From the IMG/VR virus record IMGVR_UViG_3300001528_000017, positions 64,001 through 106,247 of that record: a stretch of 42,247 bases of DNA. One strand, written 5' to 3'. The DNA comes from a virus. Lineage: Duplodnaviria > Heunggongvirae > Uroviricota > Caudoviricetes. Below, in pieces: positions 1 to 8,607 of the stretch. Under the pieces are notes generated by a model. That model was not told where the DNA came from, searched no databases, and worked only from the letters and a program-made list of their open reading frames with translations. The translations under genes and the position numbers were made by a program. Each line of letters starts with the position of its first letter. Position 1 is the stretch's first letter.

Positions 1-1
1 T

Positions 2-484
2 GGTCTTACACCTGATGGTATTGTAGGAGACAACACTTGGGCTAAACTTAAAGGTAGTACCTTAGCTAAGTCTAAGAGAACTATCAATGAGATTATAGTA
101 CATTGCTCTGCTACAGTAGAAGGTAAGGACTACACAACAGCTGACATCAAGAAATGGCATCTAGCTAGAGGATTCTCAGACATAGGGTACCACTATGTAA
201 TCTACAGGGATGGAAGCATTCATGCTGGAAGACATATAAATATAGGAGGTGCTCATTGTACAAACCACAATGCTCATAGTATTGGTGTTTGTTACATAGG
301 AGGTCTAGACAAGAACAACAAGCCAAAGGACACAAGAACTGATGCACAGAAGAAGTCCTTAATAAGTTTGCTAACACAGCTGAAGAAGCTATATCCTAAG
401 GCTACAATTCATGGACATTGTGAGTTTGCTAACAAGGCTTGTCCATGCTTTAATGCCAAGCAGGAGTACATAAATCTTAAGTAA
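2..484 (+). CDS. Endolysin, 5'-truncated: end of a peptidoglycan-binding domain plus T7-lysozyme-like N-acetylmuramoyl-L-alanine amidase (Amidase_2)
   Basis: Hand translation from nt 2: GLTPDGIVGDNTWAKL...IIVHCSAT...KWHLARGFSDIGYHYVIYRDG...SIGVCYIGG...IHGHCEFANKACPCF...LK*, TAA at 482-484. DGIVGxxTW is a PG-binding motif; HCSAT, GH and KACP supply the Zn ligands. Absent from the ORF track because its start is outside the window. Confidence 0.92.
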   Translation, partial: GLTPDGIVGDNTWAKLKGSTLAKSKRTINEIIVHCSATVEGKDYTTADIKKWHLARGFSDIGYHYVIYRDGSIHAGRHINIGGAHCTNHNAHSIGVCYIGGLDKNNKPKDTRTDAQKKSLISLLTQLKKLYPKATIHGHCEFANKACPCFNAKQEYINLK

Positions 485-519
485 ATCTATTTGCAAAGTA
501 TAAGTAAAAAACTTATTGT

Positions 520-553
520 ATTGCACGATACAAAAAGTTTTCTTACCTTTGCA
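520..553 (+). promoter_or_regulatory. Bacteroidetes primary-sigma promoter P1 for the scaffold/capsid operon
   Basis: TACCTTTG (TAnnTTTG, -7 element) at 544-551; TTG at 521-523 with a 20-nt spacer; intergenic, upstream of ATG 584. Confidence 0.8.
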
Positions 554-583
554 CTGTTTTATAAACTAATTAGGAGAAAAATC

Positions 584-1735
584 ATGGAAGGATTAGATTT
601 TGGAACAATGCTGGATGATGAGCAGATGAACTCATTATTCGGTGAACAAGAAGAGGACACCCAGCCAGAGGAAGAAGAAACTGGTGGAGGTGAAGACAAA
701 GACAAGAACAAGGACAAGAATAACACTGCTGAGGTGGACCCTGAGAATATGTTCGGGGATAAGCCAGAGAGCGTAGGTAGTGAAGAACACAAGGATAATG
801 AGGAAGATACTACTTCTATAGAGGGTGGTACTTCTCCTGACTTCTTCTCTTCCATTGCCAACGCCTTTGCAGAAGAGGGTATCTTCCCAGACCTTGATGA
901 AGAAACAATTAAGGGTATTAAGACAGCTCAGGATTTCAGGGATGCTATTGATGAGCAAATCAAGGCAGGTCTTGATGAACAACAGAGGAGAGTTGCTGAA
1001 GCCCTTAATAATGATGTAGAGCCTGATAAGATTAGGCAGTATGAGGGACTTATTGCTTACCTTGATACTATAGACGATAAGGCTATTAGTGCAGAAGGTG
1101 AACAAGGTGAGACTCTCAGAAAGAAGATTCTATTTCAGGATTACATCAACAGAGGATTCTCAAAAGAAAGAGCAGAGAAGGCAGTCAACAGAGCCATAGA
1201 GAATGGTACAGATGTTGAAGATGCAAAGGAGGCTCTTGAGAGTAACAAGACTTTCTTCAAGGAAGAGTATCAACAGATGCTTGATGATGCCAAGAAAGCA
1301 AAGGACGAGGAAAAGGAAAAGGACAAAGAAAAGGCTGAGAGAATTAAGAAGTCAATCCTTGAGGGAGACCTCAAGTTCTTTGAGGACGTGGATGTAGATA
1401 AGAAGGTAAGGCAGGAAGCTTATGATGCTATCAGCAAGCCTATCTACAGAGACCCTAAGACAGGAGAAACCTACACAGCAGTTCAAAAGCTTGAACTTGA
1501 TAACAGTGAAGAGTTTCTTGCTAAGTTAGGTCTCATTTACGCTCTTACTGACGGACTTAAGTCACTTGATGGTCTTGTTAAAAAGAAAGTAAAGAAAGAG
1601 GTAAAGAGAGGCTTCTCTGAACTGGAACAGAAAATCAATAATACTAGAAGGGACTCAAGAGGTAATCTTAAGTTTGCTAGTGGAGTTGATGACACTGAAT
1701 CAATCCTAGGAAAGGGAATGAAACTCGACCTATAA
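584..1735 (+). CDS. Acidic protein upstream of the major capsid gene, putative capsid scaffold
   Basis: Very acidic, low-complexity N-terminal half and helical K/E-rich C-terminal half, directly before the MCP. Start moved from TTG 491 to ATG 584 because 491 lies upstream of promoter P1. Confidence 0.6.
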   Translation: MEGLDFGTMLDDEQMNSLFGEQEEDTQPEEEETGGGEDKDKNKDKNNTAEVDPENMFGDKPESVGSEEHKDNEEDTTSIEGGTSPDFFSSIANAFAEEGIFPDLDEETIKGIKTAQDFRDAIDEQIKAGLDEQQRRVAEALNNDVEPDKIRQYEGLIAYLDTIDDKAISAEGEQGETLRKKILFQDYINRGFSKERAEKAVNRAIENGTDVEDAKEALESNKTFFKEEYQQMLDDAKKAKDEEKEKDKEKAERIKKSILEGDLKFFEDVDVDKKVRQEAYDAISKPIYRDPKTGETYTAVQKLELDNSEEFLAKLGLIYALTDGLKSLDGLVKKKVKKEVKRGFSELEQKINNTRRDSRGNLKFASGVDDTESILGKGMKLDL

Positions 1736-1767
1736 CAACATTAAATAATTCCTAATTTAACAAAAGT

Positions 1768-3273
1768 ATGGCTAGAAATTTACTAGGTAAGTTTCAAACG
1801 ATGGAGTTTAGCTCTTGGAAGGGCTTAACTAAGGACAATCACCTTGGAGCAATCTTCAGAGCAGCACCTCAGAAGGCTAGTAACCTTATGGTTCAGCTTC
1901 TAGCACAAAAGAGAGGTAGAACTCTTGACACCCTGCTAAGTCAGTTCCCAACTAGGGAGTTTGATACAGCAGATGAGTACACATGGGATGTTACTGGAAG
2001 CACACGCCAGAACATTCCTCTTATTGAGGCTAGGGATGAGAATGGTAGCGTAGTTACAGCATCTAGCGGTAATGTTGGTGCAGGTACAGCTCCCTTCTAT
2101 CTTGTATTTGGTAAGGACTGGTTTGCTGATGGTGAGTACATCGTTGGTAATCTGAATGAGCTTTACCAATTCAGAATCCTTGGTGACACAAGAATGGAGG
2201 GTACTAATGCAGTCTATAGAGTAGAGCTTGCTGGTGGTAATGAGGATGGTGTTCCTGCTGAGAGACTTCTTGCAGGTGAGCTATTCAGCATTGAGGCAGC
2301 TTTCGTTGAGGCTGAAATGTCAAGAGAAGTTGGTGATGTAAGGTTTGCTTCACCTGTTTCTATGAGAAACGAGTTCTCTCACATTAGAATCAAGCATAAG
2401 GTTCCAGGTAACAAGCTTAACAGAAAGCTTGCTGTTGGTGTGCCTATCATCGTTGACAACAAGAAGGGAACTACTAACATGTGGATGCACTATGTGGACT
2501 ACGCTGTGGAGACACAGTTTGCAGACTACAAGAACAATGCAATGGCATTCGGTAGGTCTAACAGAAACTCAAATGGTGAGTACACAAACATTGGTAAGTC
2601 TGGTAATGTCATCAAGACTGGTGCAGGTCTGTATGAGCAGATGGAAGTTGCTAACAACATCTACTACAACACATTCTCACTGAAGCTTATTGAGGAAGCT
2701 CTCTATGACCTTTCTTATGGTGAGATTGACCTGAAGAACAGAGTATTCTTAATGAGGACAGGTGAGAAGGGTGCTATCCAGTTCCACAAGGAAATCCTTA
2801 AGGAGGTTAGTGGATGGTCAATGTTCACACTCAATGGTGATGCACTTTCAGTTGTTCAGAAGACTGACAGCCCTCTACATCAGAACGCTCTAAAGGCTGG
2901 ATTCCAGTTTGTTGAGTACATGGCTCCTAATGGAGTTACACTGAAGCTTGAGGTTGACCCATACTATGATGACCCAGTAAGAAATAAGATTCAGCACCCA
3001 CTTGGTGGTCCTGCATTCTCTTACAGGTATGACATCATGGACATTGGTACAATGGACCAGCCTAACATCTTTAAGTGTACTGTTAAGGATGAGCCTGAGT
3101 ACAGAGGTTATCAGTGGGGTCCATTCAGGAATCCATTCACAGGTGAGGCTAACAATCCTTATGCTAGCTTCGATGAGGATGCTGCTGTTATCCACAAGTA
3201 TGCAACCTTCGGTGTATGTGTTCTTGACCCAACTAGAACAATGTCAATTATCCCTGCTGTCCTACAGGGCTAA
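1768..3273 (+). CDS. Major capsid protein (crAss-like, HK97 fold)
   Basis: 501 aa with WKGLTKDNHLGAIF, RMEGTNAVYRVEL, VDPYYDDPVRNKIQHPLGG and VCVLDPTRTMSIIPAVLQG, which I recognise from the crAss001-type MCP; followed by a strong terminator. Confidence 0.95.
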   Translation: MARNLLGKFQTMEFSSWKGLTKDNHLGAIFRAAPQKASNLMVQLLAQKRGRTLDTLLSQFPTREFDTADEYTWDVTGSTRQNIPLIEARDENGSVVTASSGNVGAGTAPFYLVFGKDWFADGEYIVGNLNELYQFRILGDTRMEGTNAVYRVELAGGNEDGVPAERLLAGELFSIEAAFVEAEMSREVGDVRFASPVSMRNEFSHIRIKHKVPGNKLNRKLAVGVPIIVDNKKGTTNMWMHYVDYAVETQFADYKNNAMAFGRSNRNSNGEYTNIGKSGNVIKTGAGLYEQMEVANNIYYNTFSLKLIEEALYDLSYGEIDLKNRVFLMRTGEKGAIQFHKEILKEVSGWSMFTLNGDALSVVQKTDSPLHQNALKAGFQFVEYMAPNGVTLKLEVDPYYDDPVRNKIQHPLGGPAFSYRYDIMDIGTMDQPNIFKCTVKDEPEYRGYQWGPFRNPFTGEANNPYASFDEDAAVIHKYATFGVCVLDPTRTMSIIPAVLQG

Positions 3274-3284
3274 CATAGGATTAT

Positions 3285-3323
3285 GTAATGGGAGGGGAAC
3301 TCTCCCTTCCCATTACTTTCTTT
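3285..3323 (+). terminator. Intrinsic terminator after the MCP
   Basis: 14-bp stem GTAATGGGAGGGGA (3285-3298) / TCCCTTCCCATTAC (3303-3316) with one G-U, loop ACTC, then TTTCTTT. Confidence 0.85.
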
Positions 3324-3344
3324 AACTTTTAACGGAGAAGTAAA

Positions 3345-4355
3345 ATGGCTAATAAAGAGAAGAATATAGAGCAGGAAATAATGCTCGACGAAGAAGCAAT
3401 CAACAGTACTGAAAGAGTGCAGGTTCCTATTGAACATGAGCATAGAGAGCCTACGACTAAAGTAACAAGAGTATCAGAGGAGAGAGACAACTTAGTCAAT
3501 TGTCTAAGGAATGAAAAGGTTATAGTAAGGTTCATATCAAGAGCAAGAGGTATGATAACAGACCCAAGGCATGTTCTCTTTGGAGGCATGGCAGCAGGCT
3601 CTAAGATGAGAATCACTACACCTTTACTTAGGTCAGGACTATTTGCTGATGTCCTTACAAAGGATGAAAAGAAGTTCCTTGAGTATAAGCTTGGACTAGA
3701 GCCAAATGCACTCAGTGTACATAACAGAAATAACAACTTCTGGAGTGATGCTAATGAGCAAGGTATAGGCAGAGTAGAGCTTATCAAGGGTGATAACCCA
3801 TTAGACCTGTCTAATCCTATTGACTACATTAAGTATAAAATCCTCTTAGCTAACAAGGACCAGATTGCTCCATCAATGCAAGCCCTTCAAGACAAGCCTA
3901 AGGCAACTTACAGATTTGTCATTATCAATGAAGGTGACTCTGCTAAGGCTGCTAACACGAGAGTTACTCTCAAGGCACAGGCTTACATGGAGTTTGGTAA
4001 GGTTAATGAGGATAAGGATAAGATGAGAGTCATCATTGAAACTATTGATGGTAGGCCAACAGCTTCTGACAGCAAGGTGGAATACCTACAGGGTAAGATT
4101 GGTGAACTCATTGAAGCCAATACCAAGATGTTCCTACAGGTAGTAAGAGACCCACTACTGGACAACAAGGTTCTGATTAAGAAAGCAATTGAGGCAGGAG
4201 TTATTGTTAATAGAGGTAACTACCTATATCTAAAGGATGGTAATCTGCCACTATGTGACAATGGACAAGAGCCTACATTAAATATAGCTGCTAAGTACCT
4301 TAGCTTACCAAAGCATCAGGAACTGAAGTTTTCAATTGAAGCAAAAGTAAAGTAA
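3345..4355 (+). CDS. Conserved crAss-like protein next to the MCP, function unknown
   Basis: 336 aa with CLRNEKVIVRFI, LGLEPNALS..NNNFW and LDLSNPIDYIKYKILLAN; typical position after the MCP in crAss-like genomes. Confidence 0.7.
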   Translation: MANKEKNIEQEIMLDEEAINSTERVQVPIEHEHREPTTKVTRVSEERDNLVNCLRNEKVIVRFISRARGMITDPRHVLFGGMAAGSKMRITTPLLRSGLFADVLTKDEKKFLEYKLGLEPNALSVHNRNNNFWSDANEQGIGRVELIKGDNPLDLSNPIDYIKYKILLANKDQIAPSMQALQDKPKATYRFVIINEGDSAKAANTRVTLKAQAYMEFGKVNEDKDKMRVIIETIDGRPTASDSKVEYLQGKIGELIEANTKMFLQVVRDPLLDNKVLIKKAIEAGVIVNRGNYLYLKDGNLPLCDNGQEPTLNIAAKYLSLPKHQELKFSIEAKVK

Positions 4356-4359
4356 AGTT

Positions 4360-5589
4360 ATGACAATACAAGAGTTTAGTACTGAGTTTGATGTCCTCTA
4401 TAATAATGTCACATCTAACCAAGCCCCAGGTCTCAATGAATATGAGAAATCTGTGTTCTTGACAAAGGCTCAGTCACAATTAGTGAATGAGTATTTCAAC
4501 AGCAGAACTGATGGCTTTGGTGGAGGCTTTGACGGTAGCCAAAAGAGACAGTATGATTTTTCTGGGCTGGTAAGAGTAGAGAGACTCTTTGACATCAATA
4601 CCTTCAAAGAGAGGATTGATGCTACAGAAAAACTGGACAGAAGGAGTAAAGTCTTTCTCTTCCCTCAGAACTATTTTCTTGCTGTCAACGAGATACTTTC
4701 TGATGAAAAGTGGCAGTATTCTGTTATACCTCTAAGCTATGTAGAGTATCAGAGATTGATGCTGAAGCCCTACAATTTCCCTGTGAAGAGAGCTGCTTGG
4801 AGAATACTGACAGACAAAAAGAACTGCAACTATGTGCATGAGGATGTGAGTGGTAATAATGTAGAAGACCTACCAACAGCAGGAGACTACAAGATACTCT
4901 CTACTTGGGCAGACCAAAAGAGAAATCTGAAGATTACCATTTCTACCCCAGGAATATGGAGTTCAGATGATGCTAAGGAAGAGACTACAGTGTCTGACAC
5001 AACAATCAAGTTCAAAACTAGTGAAGGGGTTTATGCCCATATTTGGGCAGATTGTGGTTGGAGTACAGATAAGAAAACCTACGAGGTTATGCTTGAGGTT
5101 ACTTGTAACCAGCCAATGGATGATGAAATAGCCTTTGATATTCTGAGAGAAGGGTTTGCAAAGGCAAAGAAAGTCCTAGAGGATACAGGTACTTGGGCAA
5201 CATCTAATTGGGAGGTAGTAAAAGCTGCTACTCATACAGATGGTTTTGTACAAGCAAAGGCTCCAAGCAAGTTCACCACATTTGCAGCTACCAATGGTAG
5301 AGTGTTCAACCTAAAGGTGATACAGGTTCCTATGGCTGAAATCATAGGAAAGTTCAGTGGGGATATTCAGTATCAACTTAGATACATAAGGAACCTCAAC
5401 CCAATCATCTTGGATGACCTAAGTAACTATGGTACAGACCTTACAATAGGTGGTATAACAAGTGAAACCCCATGCACACTGCCAGAGGAAACTCATCAGG
5501 AGATACTTGAAAGAGCTGTTACTTTAGCTAAGATTGCTTGGCAAGGAGGTACTGCAACTCAAGCAGCACAACAGAGAAACGATAACTAA
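4360..5589 (+). CDS. Tail ring protein paralog A (R3/R4/R5 family) with a large insertion
   Basis: N-terminal MTIQEFSTEFDVLYNN...EYEKSVFLTKAQ and C-terminal PIILDDL...CTLPEETHQEILERAVTLA shared with the next two ORFs. Confidence 0.8.
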   Translation: MTIQEFSTEFDVLYNNVTSNQAPGLNEYEKSVFLTKAQSQLVNEYFNSRTDGFGGGFDGSQKRQYDFSGLVRVERLFDINTFKERIDATEKLDRRSKVFLFPQNYFLAVNEILSDEKWQYSVIPLSYVEYQRLMLKPYNFPVKRAAWRILTDKKNCNYVHEDVSGNNVEDLPTAGDYKILSTWADQKRNLKITISTPGIWSSDDAKEETTVSDTTIKFKTSEGVYAHIWADCGWSTDKKTYEVMLEVTCNQPMDDEIAFDILREGFAKAKKVLEDTGTWATSNWEVVKAATHTDGFVQAKAPSKFTTFAATNGRVFNLKVIQVPMAEIIGKFSGDIQYQLRYIRNLNPIILDDLSNYGTDLTIGGITSETPCTLPEETHQEILERAVTLAKIAWQGGTATQAAQQRNDN

Positions 5590-5603
5590 CTAAAATAAAG
5601 GCT

Positions 5604-6557
5604 ATGACTATTCAAGAGTTTAGTAATACTTTTGATACACTGCTTAACAGCTACAACACTCAATCTCAGTTTGGTGAGCAGGCTTCAAAGAGAGAGATTG
5701 TACTTGATGAATATGAGAAGTCAGTATTACTGACCCAAGCTCAGGACATCATAGTCAAGTCTTACTTTGATGGTTCACTTAATCAACAGGGTCAAGGTTT
5801 TGATGATAGCACTAGAAGGCAGATGGACTTCAGCTCTCTTATTAAGATTGCCTCACTAGAACCTCTATCTGAAGATACCCAAATCTTTGATGAAAGAGGT
5901 ATTGTATATCAGCTCCCTAGAAAGGTTGCTGACAATACAGAGGTTGAAGGAACTACAGATGTTCTATTCATTCTCAATGAGAAGCTATCTCAAAAGACTG
6001 ACAATGCTGTTTGGAAGAAAGAAGGTTATGAGTCAGTAGAAGGTGATTACACTGATGCCGTAGCAAGCACTCTAACTAAGTATGACACCATTGGTGGTGG
6101 AAGTACATGTGTCTCTATAGAGGACGCAGAGAGTGTAGGTTGGAAGTGGTATCCTGCAAAGTATAAGGAGTATGTGATTGTCCCAATTTCATACAAGGAA
6201 TATGATAGGGAAATGAGCAAGCCTTATGCACAGCCTCTTAAGAAGCAAGCATGGAGACTCTTCCAAAATCAAGCTACAGGTTTTGACATTAACTCAGAGC
6301 TGATACCTAGGTTCAATGTTAATGTACAAGACAATGGAACCTTCGTTTATAAGATAAGGTATGTGAAGAGACCACAGCCCATTGTACTCGAAGACCTTCC
6401 TAACAACCTTGAGATTGATGGTGTAACAACAGAGTCTGAGTGTGAACTGAACCCCATTATCCACATGGATATTCTGAACAAGGCAGTTGAATTGGCAATT
6501 GCTACTAGAGGGGGGGGGGTCCTACAGCCAAGCAGCAGCAACACTAAACAACAATAG
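5604..6557 (+). CDS. Tail ring protein paralog B
   Basis: MTIQEFSNTFDTLLNSY...EYEKSVLLTQAQ and YVKRPQPIVLEDLP...CELNPIIHMDILNKAVELA. The C-terminus depends on the length of the G10 tract. Confidence 0.8.
   Translation: MTIQEFSNTFDTLLNSYNTQSQFGEQASKREIVLDEYEKSVLLTQAQDIIVKSYFDGSLNQQGQGFDDSTRRQMDFSSLIKIASLEPLSEDTQIFDERGIVYQLPRKVADNTEVEGTTDVLFILNEKLSQKTDNAVWKKEGYESVEGDYTDAVASTLTKYDTIGGGSTCVSIEDAESVGWKWYPAKYKEYVIVPISYKEYDREMSKPYAQPLKKQAWRLFQNQATGFDINSELIPRFNVNVQDNGTFVYKIRYVKRPQPIVLEDLPNNLEIDGVTTESECELNPIIHMDILNKAVELAIATRGGGVLQPSSSNTKQQ
6510..6519 (+). repeat. G10 homopolymer inside the ring paralog B gene
   Basis: AGA GGG GGG GGG GTC: ten consecutive G in an AT-rich genome. Confidence 0.9.
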
Positions 6558-6578
6558 TCAACCTAACAGATAACCATT

Positions 6579-7292
6579 ATGACACTAGAGGAGTTTTCAA
6601 ACGGGTTTGATACCCTAGTCAATAGCTACAGAAGATTTAAGGATTTTGACAAACAAGAGCAACTTGATAGTATTGAGTTTGACGAGTATGAGAAGTCCTT
6701 CTATCTAACTAAGGCACAAGAAGAGGTAGTGGTTAATTTCTACAATGGAAAGAACCCCTATGGGGACTCCTTTGAGAGCACTGAAGAAATGAGAAGATAC
6801 CTTGAAAGTCTAGTTAAGACCAAGGTTTACTCAACTGAAGAGCAAGTCAATGGTACTGGGGTGTCTATTGGTTCAGTGTTCTGCCAACTACCTGAAGATG
6901 TAGCATTCATTACAATGGAGCAAGTCACCTATGAGGATGAAGCCCTAGGATGCTATAGTGGTAGTACTGCTACTGTATATCCAGTTACTCAGGATGAATA
7001 CAGCAGGATTAAAAACAACCCCTTTAGGGGTCCAACTAGGTACAAGGCAATAAGGCTTGATACAGGAAACAACACTGTAGAGCTAGTCTCTAAGTATAAG
7101 ATAGGTGAATACCTATTAAAGTACCTTTCAAGACCTGAGCCTATAATCCTAGAAGATTTACCCAATGACCTCACTATTGAGGGAAGAAGGGAACATTCGG
7201 AGTGTAAACTCAATTCAATACTACATGACACTATCCTTGAGAGAGCTGTGCAAATGGCTCTCCAAGCTAAAGGAATAAGTGTGAACAAGTAA
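6579..7292 (+). CDS. Tail ring protein paralog C (minimal form)
   Basis: MTLEEFSNGFDTLVNSY...EYEKSFYLTKAQ and YLSRPEPIILEDLP...CKLNSILHDTILERAVQMA; 237 aa with no large insertion. Confidence 0.82.
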   Translation: MTLEEFSNGFDTLVNSYRRFKDFDKQEQLDSIEFDEYEKSFYLTKAQEEVVVNFYNGKNPYGDSFESTEEMRRYLESLVKTKVYSTEEQVNGTGVSIGSVFCQLPEDVAFITMEQVTYEDEALGCYSGSTATVYPVTQDEYSRIKNNPFRGPTRYKAIRLDTGNNTVELVSKYKIGEYLLKYLSRPEPIILEDLPNDLTIEGRREHSECKLNSILHDTILERAVQMALQAKGISVNK

Positions 7293-7320
7293 CATATTGT
7301 TTAACTAAACATTTACAACA

Positions 7321-8535
7321 ATGAACATTTTTACAGCGAATCAAGTAAACCAAGTTTATGTGCTGAAGACAAATAGCACAGTTGTGGCAAGTCTTGATGC
7401 AAGCCATCAGATTACTAAGGCTAACAACCTAGGTTCTGTTGGTATGGGTATTACAACAGATGGCAAGAACATCTTCTTCAAGCACCTTGGTGCAGGTGGT
7501 CTAGTAAGGAGTGACCTTATTGAGATTGCTAACATCATTGACATCAAGGCAACTCCTGCTAGTGCAATGGCTAGGAGCCTGATGGCAGCTAAGGTGACTC
7601 TGAATACAGAGGCTCTTTCTAGCAGCAAGCCTATTGCTGGTGAGGACTTTGTTCTAAGGATTAAGTTCCAGAACCCAATTGGAATGTCTCCTGAGAACCA
7701 GTATTGGAAGTATGGAGTTGTTCATGCAACAGCTTCAATGACTGCTTCTGAGTTCTATCTGAAGATGGCTAGCAGCATTGCTAAGAACACGTCAAGGGAG
7801 GCTGTACAGCTTGTTAAGGTGTATGTGACTTACAGCACAAGTAGCAAGACTGAGATTACAGCTGCAAGTGATGTAACTGACACAACTACTTTCAACCAGA
7901 CCTACACAGGTATTCAGATTGAGGAAGTTGAGCAGGATTGGATTCTTGGTATCAAGCAGCAGAAGCCAGTTCTCTTCACTGTTGAGCCTACTTGGGTGAA
8001 CAATGGAACTGACGATGTAGTTTGGGGTGATGTTGTTTATAGTGACAAGAGGAAGACTACTGGAGGTGCTTCACCTGCTAATAGTGTTGTTGCCTCTGGA
8101 CAGCCAGCAGCTGCTGGTACAGTTGTGAACAGCAAGCTCATGGCAGACTACGAGTACTTCTACATGGGTGAGAGGGGAGACCAGTACAGGATGGTTAATT
8201 GGCCTGACTACATCCCAACAACTTACCTTGTTGATGCTAACTGGCAGTATGGATATGACACTGTTGCTATCCACTATGCTTATGTTGGTGCTAACCACAG
8301 TGTACAAAAGTCAGAGAAGGACATCACATTTGTTGTGCCTAGAGCTAGCACAGACAGCACTGCTTCAGCAGTTGGTGCTCTTGCAGCAAGCATTCTAGCA
8401 GCAATTAAGGCAGCTCTACCAACAGCAGGTCTTGTAAAGGTTAGCGGTAATATCACTAGTGGTAATGTTCCTATGTTTGATGGTACTACAGGTGCTATCA
8501 AGGATTCTGGAAAGGCAGCTAGTGCTATATCCTAA
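7321..8535 (+). CDS. Auxiliary capsid protein (crAss001 gp36-like) with a C-terminal extension
   Basis: NQVNQVYV start, MTASEFYLKMA, EEVEQDWILG, YEYFYMGERGDQYR and SVQKSEKDITF; located after the ring genes. Confidence 0.8.
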   Translation: MNIFTANQVNQVYVLKTNSTVVASLDASHQITKANNLGSVGMGITTDGKNIFFKHLGAGGLVRSDLIEIANIIDIKATPASAMARSLMAAKVTLNTEALSSSKPIAGEDFVLRIKFQNPIGMSPENQYWKYGVVHATASMTASEFYLKMASSIAKNTSREAVQLVKVYVTYSTSSKTEITAASDVTDTTTFNQTYTGIQIEEVEQDWILGIKQQKPVLFTVEPTWVNNGTDDVVWGDVVYSDKRKTTGGASPANSVVASGQPAAAGTVVNSKLMADYEYFYMGERGDQYRMVNWPDYIPTTYLVDANWQYGYDTVAIHYAYVGANHSVQKSEKDITFVVPRASTDSTASAVGALAASILAAIKAALPTAGLVKVSGNITSGNVPMFDGTTGAIKDSGKAASAIS

Positions 8536-8555
8536 AGAAACAACTATTACTAATA

Positions 8556-8597
8556 AGGAGGAGGGAGGCTTGGGTTCAAGTCTCCCCCTTTTAGTTT
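8556..8597 (+). terminator. Intrinsic terminator after the auxiliary capsid gene
   Basis: Stem GGGAGGCTTG (8563-8572) / CAAGTCTCCC (8577-8586), loop GGTT, extendable past a bulge, followed by TTTTAGTTT. Confidence 0.75.
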
Positions 8598-8607
8598 ATA
8601 CAAGAAT

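Noticed and set aside
165-377. 70-aa - strand ORF
   Set aside because: Antisense shadow of the amidase, which has clear catalytic motifs on the + strand.
491-583. TTG-started extension of the scaffold ORF
   Set aside because: Spans promoter P1, so it would not be in the P1 transcript; ATG 584 is the better start.
695-724. DKDKNKDKNN micro-repeat in the scaffold gene
   Set aside because: Ordinary low-complexity sequence in a disordered region.
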